In this document: piece after piece, positions 1-9,663 of the stretch
Numbering within the stretch: the stretch's first letter is position 1
How the letters are laid out: each line of letters begins with the position of its first letter
Source: an uncultured Mycoplasmatota bacterium
GTDB lineage: Bacteria; Bacillota_I; Bacilli_A; RF39; UBA660
Length of the DNA: 64,000 nucleotides
Direction of reading: 5' to 3'
Assembly: GCA_946402735.1 (NCBI GenBank)
Contig: CAMIXH010000003.1
Coordinates: forward strand, 65,472-129,471
Made by a program: the position numbers and the translations under genes
The notes under the pieces: generated by a model
The model's database searches: none
Told to the model about the DNA's origin: nothing
The model's input: only the letters and a program-made list of their open reading frames with translations

Positions 1-403
1 TACTATGATCTCTAATTACTCTTTGAACTTCTTCATCATATAGTCTTACTTCTGGTATTAACTTAGGAAGTAAACCATCATCTTTTAATACTTTTGCTCC
101 TAAATCACCATGATCTTTCATACCAGGATAAAACTTAGGAATTTCTATATCTGCAAAAGTACCAGTTACTCTCATTTGTTCAAATCTACCTATATCATGA
201 AATAAACTTTCTATTACAAGTAAGTTTCTATAATTTAAGCTATATTTTGTAAATATAGCATCTACATTTAAAGCTTCATCCATAACAAATAAAGAATGAG
301 TTAACTTATCTTCATATCTTGGTGTTTTTTCATCTGGATTAGTAGATAAATAGTCATCTTTAACATAATCTTCAAATACTCTTTTAGTGTTACTTTCTTC
401 CAT
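1..403 (-). CDS. HD-domain phosphohydrolase, 3' end cut by window edge
   Basis: Hand translation from the ATG at 403..401 (AAGGAG 8 nt upstream): MEESNTKRVFEDYVKDDYL...ESLFHDIGRFEQ...MKDHGDLGAKVL. It shows the H..HD pattern of the HD superfamily. It is absent from the ORF track because no stop lies inside the window. Confidence 0.55.
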   Translation of the reverse strand, partial: MEESNTKRVFEDYVKDDYLSTNPDEKTPRYEDKLTHSLFVMDEALNVDAIFTKYSLNYRNLLVIESLFHDIGRFEQMRVTGTFADIEIPKFYPGMKDHGDLGAKVLKDDGLLPKLIPEVRLYDEEVQRVIRDHS

Positions 404-452
404 ATAGATAACTCCTTATTATCTATATTATATCATAAAAAAAAGTAGTTAC

Positions 453-845
453 CTACTTTTCTTTAAAATACATATTAACGTTTGATTGAGCAACTAACTT
501 ATCTTTATCATCATAAATATTAACATTATAATAACCTATTTTATTACCTTCTTTTAATATAGTTGCCTCTGCGATTAATTTGGTTCCAGTTGCTTGTTTT
601 AAGAAATTAATATTACTATTAGTAGTTAATGGAATATTGCCACTCATAAATGCTAGTGTTCCAGCACATGTATCAGCTAGTCCAAATAAAAGTCCTCCAT
701 GAACTATTCCATATGGATTTAATCCATCTTTTTTTATTTTATATTCCATTAAACAATGAGTACTGTTTAATTCAATTATTTTAAAGCCATTTGCTTTAAT
801 AAATCCTTCACCTTTATTAAAAGCCTCTACTATTTGGTTCTCCAT
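453..845 (-). CDS. PaaI-type hotdog-fold thioesterase
   Basis: 130 aa. GIVHGGLLFGLADTCAG matches the PaaI/thioesterase-superfamily active-site region. Confidence 0.75.
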   Translation of the reverse strand: MENQIVEAFNKGEGFIKANGFKIIELNSTHCLMEYKIKKDGLNPYGIVHGGLLFGLADTCAGTLAFMSGNIPLTTNSNINFLKQATGTKLIAEATILKEGNKIGYYNVNIYDDKDKLVAQSNVNMYFKEK

Positions 846-1737
846 ATTTTTCCTCCATTAAATATTTATCACTAAGAGTTTTAATAGCATCAACATTACT
901 TTTTAATTCTTGTAAATAATTTGCTTCTTGCATTTCATCTTGAATATCACAACCAATTGATTCAATATATAAATTATTCTCTAATGCAAAATCAATAAAT
1001 TTTAATAATTGATAGGAAGTATATGGTTGATTAGTAACAAGTAATATATTTTGATCTCTTACATTAAAGAAATTAAGAAATTCTTTAAATGTATCAAATG
1101 TATTAGCACGTCTTCCATCAGGATAATTTCTTGCACTAATCATATAGATGTGATTTCCATATAGTACCATATTATCTTCTCTTGATTGTTCTTGTACTCC
1201 AAAGCTTTCTGCTATTCCTACTCCTAAAGCATCAGCTTCTGTTTTAATTCTTAAACCATAATCTCTATAAACTGCTGTTTCAAGATCATTTATTGCTCTA
1301 TCACAAGTTAGTCCAACTACTACTGGTTTTTCTTCACATACATCATATACGTCTTTAGCTTTTTTTGGTCTTAAGAAATTATTCTTTCTAGCTCCACCTA
1401 ATATTAAAACAAAATCAGGTTTAGTCCCTAAAGGTCTTGGATGAACTAGATTTAGTTTTGATAATAAATCTCTTATTTCTTCTTGATGTTGAACAATAAA
1501 ATCATCATTTTTAATAGCCCATCTTTCCCTATTATTTCTATAATCCCATACTTTAACAAATTCATATAAATAATCTATTTTTTCTTTTAGACTCATAGCA
1601 GAATAGTCTATTCCTCCAAATAAAAGAACTAATCTTCTAAATTCTTCTGAATCAATATAACTCTCTATGTTTTTAAATAATAGATTTATTCTATCATCAA
1701 CACTTAAATCTTTAGGCGGACATTTTATTTCTACCAT
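817..1737 (-). CDS. conserved hypothetical protein (possibly DUF218/YdcF-like)
   Basis: 306-aa ORF overlapping the downstream gene by 29 nt. FVLILGGARKNN resembles the DUF218 core, but this is unconfirmed. Confidence 0.4.
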   Translation of the reverse strand: MVEIKCPPKDLSVDDRINLLFKNIESYIDSEEFRRLVLLFGGIDYSAMSLKEKIDYLYEFVKVWDYRNNRERWAIKNDDFIVQHQEEIRDLLSKLNLVHPRPLGTKPDFVLILGGARKNNFLRPKKAKDVYDVCEEKPVVVGLTCDRAINDLETAVYRDYGLRIKTEADALGVGIAESFGVQEQSREDNMVLYGNHIYMISARNYPDGRRANTFDTFKEFLNFFNVRDQNILLVTNQPYTSYQLLKFIDFALENNLYIESIGCDIQDEMQEANYLQELKSNVDAIKTLSDKYLMEEKYGEPNSRGF

Positions 1738-1751
1738 AACAATTACCTCTT

Positions 1752-2297
1752 TTATCTATATTTCTTTTGCATAACCATAACAGCTTCATCTATATGATGA
1801 GGTTGCAATCCTTCTAAATCAGGATTATCTTTATTATATTCTTCTGTTTTAACAACATATTCTCTAAATGATTCTAAATCTTGTAAATAATCATCTAATA
1901 TACAAATATGATCTACTTCAGGATGAAGATCTAAATATGCTTGTATTTCATATTCTTTCCATGTTTCTACATATGAAAATGGTGTAAGCCATTTTGGTAT
2001 AGTGGGAGTTATTCCATAAAAAGGAATATCATATTTTCTTATTTTTTCCAACATCTTTATAAAATATGGATTAGTAGGATGCATTTCATCTAATTCTTCA
2101 AATTCATCAATATTCCATGCTGCTGATGTTGAGGATGAAAATACCACTTTTGCTTTTGTAGCATCACAAATACGTTTTAGTATTTCTAATTTTCTTTCAT
2201 CAACATCATAACATTCACTACTATCATGAGATAGTGCTTCTTTTTGACGATGAAGTCCATTTAATGTACCATCTTTATCACAAAATATAATATTCAT
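1752..2297 (-). CDS. HAD-like phosphatase-fold protein
   Basis: N-terminal IIFCDKDGTLN is HAD motif I (DxDGT). A later ILDDY acidic motif is present. Confidence 0.5.
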   Translation of the reverse strand: MNIIFCDKDGTLNGLHRQKEALSHDSSECYDVDERKLEILKRICDATKAKVVFSSSTSAAWNIDEFEELDEMHPTNPYFIKMLEKIRKYDIPFYGITPTIPKWLTPFSYVETWKEYEIQAYLDLHPEVDHICILDDYLQDLESFREYVVKTEEYNKDNPDLEGLQPHHIDEAVMVMQKKYR

Positions 2298-2334
2298 ACC
2301 TTATTCCCAACCAATTAATATTATATCATACAAT

Positions 2335-2360
2335 AAAAAAAGACGAAATATATTCGTCTT
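2335..2360 (-). terminator. rho-independent terminator after the thioredoxin-like lipoprotein gene
   Basis: Arms aagacgaa (2340-2347) and ttcgtctt (2353-2360), loop atata. The plus-strand A-run at 2335-2341 gives a U-tract on the minus strand. Confidence 0.55.
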
Positions 2361-3048
2361 AGCATTTATCATCACATGTAGTAGCAGTTTTAAAGTAATT
2401 ATCAAATATTTGAGCTTCATCATTAAGTAATTCTTCAGTTAATTCTTGTCTTGGATCAGTTTGTTTATCAGAAGTTCCTTCTACCATTATTTTAACTTCA
2501 CCTTTATTAACATAGAAAAAGTTAGGTGCATAAATTCTCTTTTCTCCAGTTGATATTTTATTACCATTACTATCAGTTAGATTGTATTCTGATAATACAC
2601 TATCAAAATAAGTAAGTAATTTATTATATCCTTCTGTTCCTTCAACTGTTTTCTTCATTGTGCCATCTTCTTGTAATTCATATTTATCTCTAAATACTTC
2701 ATTATGATCAGCATCCCAAATATGAATATAATATATTTTCTTTACTCCATATTCTTTTGCTTTTTTAATAGCCATTTCAATAGCACTTCTACACCAAGGA
2801 CACATTGTATCTCCTACATAAAGATAGAATGTTTCTTTGTTTTCTATCATTTTTACTACATCTTCTCCTGTAGTATAAACAAATGGATTATCTTTATCGA
2901 TTGTTACTGTTCTATGAACTTTTCCATTTTGTTCTACTCCATTTAAAGATTCATAATCTTCTTTAAACTTAGCTGCATCATTATTACAGCATCCACTTAA
3001 AAACAAAACGCATAAAACTGTTAATACTGTTAATAAATATTTCTTCAT
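2359..3048 (-). CDS. thioredoxin-fold lipoprotein with CPWC active site (extracytoplasmic thiol-disulfide oxidoreductase)
   Basis: Lipobox signal MKKYLLTVLTVLCVLFLSGCC. CxxC motif in GDTMCPWCRS. A cis-Pro-like YAPNFFYVNKGEV lies near the C-terminal half. Confidence 0.65.
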   Translation of the reverse strand: MKKYLLTVLTVLCVLFLSGCCNNDAAKFKEDYESLNGVEQNGKVHRTVTIDKDNPFVYTTGEDVVKMIENKETFYLYVGDTMCPWCRSAIEMAIKKAKEYGVKKIYYIHIWDADHNEVFRDKYELQEDGTMKKTVEGTEGYNKLLTYFDSVLSEYNLTDSNGNKISTGEKRIYAPNFFYVNKGEVKIMVEGTSDKQTDPRQELTEELLNDEAQIFDNYFKTATTCDDKC

Positions 3049-3086
3049 TCTTACACCTCTACTTAATATGATAACACATTAATTTT

Positions 3087-3281
3087 TTAAAATAAACCTA
3101 AAGATTGATTTTCATAATCAGATAAATCATATCCTTCTTCTGCTGCTATTTTTAATAATTCATAATTGCTTGCTCTTTCTACTCTAGCAAGACTTAAATA
3201 AGCAGCTGGATATATTTGAGCTAGTGTACCAAAATGATCTATTAAATCTCTTCTAAGTCTGTCATAGTCATAATCATCCAT
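3087..3281 (-). CDS. small hypothetical protein
   Basis: 64-aa ORF whose start abuts the upstream IMPase stop, giving a coupled arrangement. No motif recognised. Confidence 0.35.
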   Translation of the reverse strand: MDDYDYDRLRRDLIDHFGTLAQIYPAAYLSLARVERASNYELLKIAAEEGYDLSDYENQSLGLF

Positions 3282-4060
3282 TATTTATATAACCTCCTTA
3301 GTATTTTTACTAAATCATCGTGAACTTCTTTATTAGTAGCAATAAATCCATCTATATCTCTATCATATTTTTGTGGTTCTCCATGAATATTTGAAGTAAT
3401 ACCACCAGCTTCTTCAACTATTAGTTTACTTGCTCCTATATCACATTCTCCATGAGCAGTACCTGGAAATATTTGACCACTTATTCTTCCGGTTGCTACC
3501 ATCATACAAGCATGAGCAACACTTCCAGAAGAACATGTTTTAACTTTGTCTCTTATTTCTTTTACTACATCTAAAGTATCATACTTCGCATTATTCCACA
3601 TACAGTAATCTATACTACATCCAAGTTCACCAAACTTTTTATTATTAACACTTATTTTCTTATCATTACAATATGCACCCTGTCCTTTAATAGCGCTATA
3701 CATTTCATCTAAGAAAGGATCATATACTACACCCACTATAGGTTCTCCATCATGCACTAAGGCAAGTGAGAATACAGATACTGGTAAATGCCTAGTAAAC
3801 ATACTAGTTCCATCTACTGGATCACAAACCCAAGCATATTCGCTATCATTATCTAATGATAATTCTTCTCCTATTACTTTAAAAGTAGGATATTCTTTTT
3901 TTACTTCTTCAATTAAATAAGCATTTATAGTTTTATCAGCTATTGTTACTGGAGTTCTATCTTCTTTAAATTCTACTTGTTGATCTTTATAAAAATAATC
4001 TTTAATTACATCTCCAGCATGATGAGCTATTCTTTTAGCAAATTCTAAATATTCTTCCAT
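3281..4060 (-). CDS. inositol monophosphatase family protein
   Basis: WVCDPVDGTSMF and GEELS motifs are typical of the IMPase/SuhB family. Confidence 0.8.
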   Translation of the reverse strand: MEEYLEFAKRIAHHAGDVIKDYFYKDQQVEFKEDRTPVTIADKTINAYLIEEVKKEYPTFKVIGEELSLDNDSEYAWVCDPVDGTSMFTRHLPVSVFSLALVHDGEPIVGVVYDPFLDEMYSAIKGQGAYCNDKKISVNNKKFGELGCSIDYCMWNNAKYDTLDVVKEIRDKVKTCSSGSVAHACMMVATGRISGQIFPGTAHGECDIGASKLIVEEAGGITSNIHGEPQKYDRDIDGFIATNKEVHDDLVKILRRLYK

Positions 4061-4086
4061 TTAATTCACCTACCATTATTATAATC

Positions 4087-4115
4087 AAAATAGAATCTCT
4101 ATTAAAGAGATTCTA
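4087..4115 (-). terminator. rho-independent terminator after SDR gene
   Basis: Perfect 10-bp arms tagaatctct (4091-4100) and agagattcta (4106-4115), loop attaa, with a flanking A-run at 4087-4090. Confidence 0.65.
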
Positions 4116-4126
4116 GATTTAATTTA

Positions 4127-4885
4127 CTATACAGCAGTATATCCACCATCTATTGGAAGTATAACTCCTGTTACATAAGAAGCTTCTTCACTTGCTAGGA
4201 ATATTGCTCCAGCATTAAGCTCTCCTTCTTTTCCATATCTTTTCATTGGAACATGAGACTTAGCAAATTCTTGAAATTGTGGAGTATCTAATACAGCAGT
4301 TGTTAACTCAGTATAGAAGTATCCAGGACATATTGCATTAACTGTAATATTATATGGAGCTAATTCAGCTGCAGCTGCACGAGTAAAGTTAACTACTCCA
4401 CCTTTACTTGAATGATATGCTATTGTTGGTATTTCACTATTACCTACCATTCCATACATCGAAGCAATGTTAATAACTCTACCATAATTATTCTTTTTCA
4501 TAATATTAGCAAATGCTCTAGTCATTCTAAATACACTTGTTAAATCTGTATCTATAGTAAAATTCCATTCTTCATCAGTCATTTCAAGTACGCCTTTATC
4601 TTTACTTGATCCAGCACAGTTTACTAGAATATCTACTTTACCAAATGTATTTTCCACTAAAGCAGCAGCATTGTTAATATCTTCTGTTAATGTTACATCA
4701 CATTTAATTGGTAATACTCTAACACCTGTACCTTCTAATTCAGTTTTTAATTCTTCTAATTTTTCTATTCTTCTTGCTAGAATTGCTAGGTTAGCTCCTT
4801 GTGCAGCAAAAGCTCTTGCCATTTGTTTTCCAAGTCCACTTGATGCTCCGCTAATAACAGCAACTCTTCCTTTTAAATTAAACAT
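4127..4885 (-). CDS. short-chain dehydrogenase/reductase (FabG / gluconate 5-dehydrogenase-like)
   Basis: GASSGLG cofactor motif, NCAG, and the YHSSK catalytic YxxxK. Confidence 0.85.
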   Translation of the reverse strand: MFNLKGRVAVISGASSGLGKQMARAFAAQGANLAILARRIEKLEELKTELEGTGVRVLPIKCDVTLTEDINNAAALVENTFGKVDILVNCAGSSKDKGVLEMTDEEWNFTIDTDLTSVFRMTRAFANIMKKNNYGRVINIASMYGMVGNSEIPTIAYHSSKGGVVNFTRAAAAELAPYNITVNAICPGYFYTELTTAVLDTPQFQEFAKSHVPMKRYGKEGELNAGAIFLASEEASYVTGVILPIDGGYTAV

Positions 4886-4920
4886 AACTTCACTCTCCTC
4901 ATAATAATTTTATCATATAA

Positions 4921-4944
4921 AAATGAGAATTAGTATTCTCATTT
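4921..4944 (-). terminator. hairpin overlapping trxB stop
   Basis: Arms aaatgagaat (4921-4930) and attctcattt (4935-4944), loop tagt. The U-tract on the minus strand is weak. Confidence 0.45.
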
Positions 4945-5847
4945 ATTTTTGTTTACATATTTTATTGCTTCATTAGCAGCATTAGCTCCATCGCTACATG
5001 CCGTTACTAATTGTCTTAGTTCCTTAGTTCTATTATCACCTGATACAAATATACCATCTATATTAGTATGACAATCTTCTCCAGAAACAATAAATCCTGT
5101 TTCATCAGTATTAATTAAATCTTTAATAAATTCATTTTGAGGATTTCTTCCTATTGATATAAATACTCCAGAAATACTCTTATCATATTCATTTCCATCA
5201 TTGTCTTTAATAGTTATACTCTCTACTTTATCAGTACCATTTATTTTAATAACATTAGAATTCATTAAACACTCAACATTATTCTTTGTTGATAACTTGT
5301 CTAATAATGATTCTTCTGCTTTAAATTCATTTTTAGGATTTATTAAATATACTTTTGAAGCTAAATTGCTTAAATATAAAGCAGCTTCAACAGCAGTATT
5401 AACTCCACCTACTACACATACTTCTTTTCCTTTAAAGAAATTACCATCACAAGTAGCACAATAAGAAACACCTTTACCAGTAAACTCTTTCTCACCAGGA
5501 ATATCTAAATTCTTATGAGCCATACCTGTTGCTAGTATTATTGACCTACATTTATATGTACCTTTTGAAGTAATTACTTCTTTATAATCATCACAATTAT
5601 TAATACCAGTAACTCTTTCAAATTTAAAATCTACATTTAATTCCTTTGTTTGATTATAAAGATTCATTGCAAAATCAAAACCACTAATATGAGGATTAGC
5701 GGGATAGTTTTCAATATTTAGTGTATTAATAATTTGTCCACCTGGACTAGATGATTCAAAAACTAATACACTTTTATTACTTCTTTTTGCATATATAGCT
5801 GCAGTAAGACCAGCAGGTCCTGCTCCAACAATTATAATATCGTACAT
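4939..5847 (-). CDS. trxB: thioredoxin-disulfide reductase
   Basis: GAGPAG FAD motif and the CATCDG redox-active disulfide. 302 aa. Confidence 0.9.
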   Translation of the reverse strand: MYDIIIVGAGPAGLTAAIYAKRSNKSVLVFESSSPGGQIINTLNIENYPANPHISGFDFAMNLYNQTKELNVDFKFERVTGINNCDDYKEVITSKGTYKCRSIILATGMAHKNLDIPGEKEFTGKGVSYCATCDGNFFKGKEVCVVGGVNTAVEAALYLSNLASKVYLINPKNEFKAEESLLDKLSTKNNVECLMNSNVIKINGTDKVESITIKDNDGNEYDKSISGVFISIGRNPQNEFIKDLINTDETGFIVSGEDCHTNIDGIFVSGDNRTKELRQLVTACSDGANAANEAIKYVNKNK

Positions 5848-5849
5848 TA

Positions 5850-6161
5850 TTATTCTCCTAACATACTTTCTAATTCTTCTTTATTCATAAATCCAATACT
5901 TCTTTTTACTTCTTCACCTTTATTAAATACTATTAAACATGGAATTGAAGATACGCCATATTGAATTGCTAATTCTTCAGCTTCATCTACATCAACAGCA
6001 GCAAAATTATATTTATCATTTTCACTAGCAACACTCTCTAATATTGGTGAAAGCATTCTACAAGGGCCACACCAAGTAGCATTAAAATCAACTAGTACTG
6101 GTTTATCTGATTTTAAAACAACACTTTCAAAATTATCATTATTACATTCAATTATTTTCAT
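5850..6161 (-). CDS. trxA: thioredoxin
   Basis: 103 aa with the WCGPC active site. Confidence 0.9.
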   Translation of the reverse strand: MKIIECNNDNFESVVLKSDKPVLVDFNATWCGPCRMLSPILESVASENDKYNFAAVDVDEAEELAIQYGVSSIPCLIVFNKGEEVKRSIGFMNKEELESMLGE

Positions 6162-6610
6162 AAGTAATTATTTCTATCCTCCAATAATTTATCTAGTATT
6201 ACTCTTAATGAATAAATTAGATCTCTTTCTTCATCATAAGTTAAATCTAATTCTTTTCTCATACTTTTAGCAACTATTTCAGCTTTATCTTTTAATCTTT
6301 CTCCTTCTTTAGTTAAAGCTAATACTAAATTTCTTTCATCTTCTATATTTCTTTCTCTTGTAATAAATCCTTTAGCTTCTAGCTTCTTTAATAAAGGAGT
6401 TAATGTACTGGAATCAAGCAACATTATTTTACCTAATTCTTTAACATTACTAGTCTTCTTCTCCCAAAAGAAAGTCATAACTATATATTGTGTATATGTT
6501 AAATCTATTGCTTCTAATAAAATAGAATATCTTCTAATTATTTCCTTTGAACATAAATATAATGGAAAAACAAGTTGATTATCTAAGTTTAAAATATCAT
6601 CTTTTCTCAT
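6158..6610 (-). CDS. MarR-family regulator, OhrR-like
   Basis: LDNQLVFPLYLCSKE...LDSSTLTPLLKKLEAKGFITRERNIEDERN closely parallels OhrR-type MarR proteins. There is a 4-nt overlap with trxA. Confidence 0.8.
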   Translation of the reverse strand: MRKDDILNLDNQLVFPLYLCSKEIIRRYSILLEAIDLTYTQYIVMTFFWEKKTSNVKELGKIMLLDSSTLTPLLKKLEAKGFITRERNIEDERNLVLALTKEGERLKDKAEIVAKSMRKELDLTYDEERDLIYSLRVILDKLLEDRNNYL

Positions 6611-6629
6611 ATTATCACCTCATAAAAAA

Positions 6630-6647
6630 TAATTTGTTTACAAATTA
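6630..6647. promoter_or_regulatory. 18-bp perfect palindrome in the marR-trxA-trxB leader (candidate operator)
   Basis: taatttgtttacaaatta lies 20-37 nt upstream of the MarR start codon, just downstream of a tatgat -10-like hexamer on the minus strand. Confidence 0.45.
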
Positions 6648-6671
6648 ATTTTATCATACAATCATAATATT

Positions 6672-7259
6672 TTAAAGATAATCTTTAAAGTCTTCTTTTA
6701 TTTTTTTGCTTAAAGAACCCTCTCTTAAAAAGATAATTTTATTATTTTCTACCTTTATTAAAGTAGATGATTCGTTTTCTAAAGTACCCGCATCATATAT
6801 ATAAGACATTTTATTTTCTAATTCTTCATTTAATAGTGATACATCTGTTATTACTTCTTCATTTGTAATATTAGCGCTTGTTGATATTAAAGGTTTACCA
6901 AATTTATTAATTAAATCAAGCAAAAAATTATTATTAGGCATACGAATACCAACATACTCACTACCTTTTGTTAATTCATCACTGATCTTATCATTCTTTT
7001 TAAATAAAATTGTTAATGTATTAGGCCAATATTTATCTATTAGTTTTCTTTGCAATTCATCTATTTCTGATGTATATTCTTCTAACATTTTAATATTTGA
7101 AACCAGAATTAAATGAGGCTTGTTACTATGTTTAGCCTCATCTATTTTTTTAATTGATTCTATATTTGTAGCATCAGCGTGTATACCATAAACTGTATCA
7201 GTTGGTAATACTGCTAAATCTCCATTATTTAATACCTCCAGTAATTTATTATCTATCAT
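6672..7259 (-). CDS. tsaC: L-threonylcarbamoyladenylate synthase (YrdC/TsaC family)
   Basis: VLPTDTVYGIHADA and ISTSANI motifs of the YrdC/Sua5 domain. 195 aa. Confidence 0.8.
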   Translation of the reverse strand: MIDNKLLEVLNNGDLAVLPTDTVYGIHADATNIESIKKIDEAKHSNKPHLILVSNIKMLEEYTSEIDELQRKLIDKYWPNTLTILFKKNDKISDELTKGSEYVGIRMPNNNFLLDLINKFGKPLISTSANITNEEVITDVSLLNEELENKMSYIYDAGTLENESSTLIKVENNKIIFLREGSLSKKIKEDFKDYL

Positions 7260-8395
7260 TTTCCACCTTTAAATTTCCTTTCAGATTTTTTAAGTGATTC
7301 ACTTCTATCTCTTAAGATATCAGAAATAGATAAATCATTATGAATATGATATATTACTTCAGCTAATTCTTTAGAACAATCACATACATGTAACCATTTT
7401 TCCTTTAAATACTCTTTTGGAATATAAGATAAGTTTGTTGTATAAATACCATTTATCTTTCCTTCTTTATAATATTTCTTAAATTCATCTATTCCTTTAG
7501 TAAATAAAGCATATGTTACGATGATATAAATTTTTTCTATTTCTAGTTTTTTAAGTTCTTTTACAACATCAAACATACTTCCACCACTAGAAATCATATC
7601 ATCTACTATAATAGCGGTCTTACCTTTTAAATCTTTATTACCACAATATTCATGAGAAACAATTGGATATTTTCCATCAACTAATTGATTAAAATCTCTT
7701 TGTTTAATAAAGCTTCCTGCTTCTCTGTGAATATATTTTGAAGAAAATGAATTTAGGTATACATTTCTTCTTCCAGTTGCTCCATTATCAGGTGCGATGA
7801 ATACAAGACTTTTTAATTCCTTCTTAGGTAAATCATCTATAAATTTATCAAGAATCATATCAGTGGCATAAAAATTATCAAATTCCATATTTCTAACAGC
7901 ATGTTCTACACCTTGATCATGAGCATCGAAAGTGATAAAGCTTCTAATTCTACATATTTCATCTATTTCCATAAGTGTTTGTCCACAAGTTAAATTTTCA
8001 CGAGTATTTCTTCTATGTTGACGTCCAGCATACAAAAGTGGCATTATTACATTTACTTTTTCAGCATGTCTTGAACATGCTCCGACACCATCTTTTAATT
8101 GCATTAATAAGTCACTAGGACTAGCATGATTAGTAAATCCATGAATATTATATGTTAGAGAATAATTTCCTATATCAGTTAAGAAATATACATCTTTTCC
8201 TCTAACAGTTTCACTTATCTCCACTTTTAAATGACCATCTTCAAAGAAACTCTCTTTAATTGGTAAGATAAAAGTATTTTTACTTGGATCAAGCTTATAC
8301 ATTTTAAGTAAATGCTTATCAACTTTTTCTCCTAATTCTTTAGCGCTATCAAACACCATCAGCCTTAATTTTTCATCGTTAACTTGTTTTTTCAT
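7256..8395 (-). CDS. prs: ribose-phosphate pyrophosphokinase (long form)
   Basis: IIVDDMISSGGS PRPP-binding loop and the Prs N-terminal domain pattern. Confidence 0.75.
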   Translation of the reverse strand: MKKQVNDEKLRLMVFDSAKELGEKVDKHLLKMYKLDPSKNTFILPIKESFFEDGHLKVEISETVRGKDVYFLTDIGNYSLTYNIHGFTNHASPSDLLMQLKDGVGACSRHAEKVNVIMPLLYAGRQHRRNTRENLTCGQTLMEIDEICRIRSFITFDAHDQGVEHAVRNMEFDNFYATDMILDKFIDDLPKKELKSLVFIAPDNGATGRRNVYLNSFSSKYIHREAGSFIKQRDFNQLVDGKYPIVSHEYCGNKDLKGKTAIIVDDMISSGGSMFDVVKELKKLEIEKIYIIVTYALFTKGIDEFKKYYKEGKINGIYTTNLSYIPKEYLKEKWLHVCDCSKELAEVIYHIHNDLSISDILRDRSESLKKSERKFKGGK

Positions 8396-8412
8396 ATTAA
8401 CACCTCACAAAC

Positions 8413-8441
8413 AAAAAAGAGTACTCAAAAAAGAATACTCT
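8413..8441 (-). terminator. terminator-like hairpin after DHH gene
   Basis: Arms agagtactc (8418-8426) and gaatactct (8433-8441) with one mismatch. The A-run at 8413-8418 gives a U-tract on the minus strand. Confidence 0.45.
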
Positions 8442-8512
8442 AAATCTCTAATTTTTTGGAACAATATGCATTTTTCATATTAACACTTCCTAATTATAGA
8501 ATACCATTTATA

Positions 8513-9586
8513 TTATTCATTTTCAATTCTTTTTAAAGATAATTGCATTTGATTGTCGTCAAGTATTTGATTTGGTGAATTTACTATGGCTGTTAACTCG
8601 TCTCTTACTTCACTTACAGTTTTTCCTTTTATTTTAGCAGCTGCTAGATGAGCTGATCCACCTGATTCGCTACTTAATAGTTTCATTATTCTTGATACAT
8701 CTATTGTCTCTTTACTTCTGGCACTAACAGACACAGTTTCTTCATCAACTTTTCCAATTGCGAATGTAATAAGAACATCAAAGTCAAGAAAATAGTCTGC
8801 TGCTTTTCCTATGTCTTCAGGGCAATATAGTAGTCTATTGTTTTCATCTTGACTACATATAGCATAGAATGGTTCTACAAGAGTAGCATGAGATATTATT
8901 CTTTGTATTTCTCTATCCTTTTTATAATTCTTTAAAAATAATTTATTTGCTTCAGTAGAATTAGCACCAATATGTACTAAATCAGCGCAAACTCTATATG
9001 TTTCTTCACTTGTATTAATTGTAGTTTTATTAGTATCTAAATATATACCTGCTAATAAGTAGTTAGCTTCATCTTTATTAATTGGAGCATCATATGCAAA
9101 TACTAATCTACTCATTTCTTCACAAGTACTAGATAGTGTAGGATTAGTAAATAAATAATCAGTCTTAATAGTATTTTCATCAACTTGATGATGATCTATA
9201 ACCATTATATTTTTAAATCTATCAAATATTTTTCTTGTTGATACCATATATGTTTTATTAACATCTACTGCTACCATTAAACTATTATCAGTAATTAGAC
9301 TTTCTGCTTCACTTAATGTAATTATTGGATACATTCCCTTTATTTTCTTTAATACCCCTCTAGTAGCAGATTCTATTTTTTCTATTTCATCATTTATAAT
9401 AATATAATATTTTTTATTATTCTTTTTGCAAATTGAAGCCAAAGCAATTGAAGAACCCAATGCATCCATATCGGGTCTATTATGTGGAACAATAAATACG
9501 GTATCACTTTGGGCTAACAGTTTATCAAGACAATCTTTAATAGCCATAGTATCCTGCATTGCTTCTTCTCCTTTTTTTATAAGCAT
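8513..9586 (-). CDS. DHH/DHHA1 family phosphoesterase (GdpP/NrnA-like catalytic domain only)
   Basis: HNRPDMDALGS, VIDHHQ and GGSAHLAAAKI motifs. No TM, PAS or GGDEF region. Confidence 0.75.
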   Translation of the reverse strand: MLIKKGEEAMQDTMAIKDCLDKLLAQSDTVFIVPHNRPDMDALGSSIALASICKKNNKKYYIIINDEIEKIESATRGVLKKIKGMYPIITLSEAESLITDNSLMVAVDVNKTYMVSTRKIFDRFKNIMVIDHHQVDENTIKTDYLFTNPTLSSTCEEMSRLVFAYDAPINKDEANYLLAGIYLDTNKTTINTSEETYRVCADLVHIGANSTEANKLFLKNYKKDREIQRIISHATLVEPFYAICSQDENNRLLYCPEDIGKAADYFLDFDVLITFAIGKVDEETVSVSARSKETIDVSRIMKLLSSESGGSAHLAAAKIKGKTVSEVRDELTAIVNSPNQILDDNQMQLSLKRIENE

Positions 9587-9634
9587 TATTTTAACTCTAA
9601 ATTTTTAAAAGTCAATTTGACAAATCAAAAAAAA

Positions 9635-9649
9635 TATGCTTTTAGCATA
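9635..9649 (-). terminator. weak AT-rich hairpin flanked by A/T runs
   Basis: tatgct ttt agcata, flanked by an A8 run upstream and an A5 run downstream. Confidence 0.35.
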
Positions 9650-9663
9650 AAAAAGATAGATTA

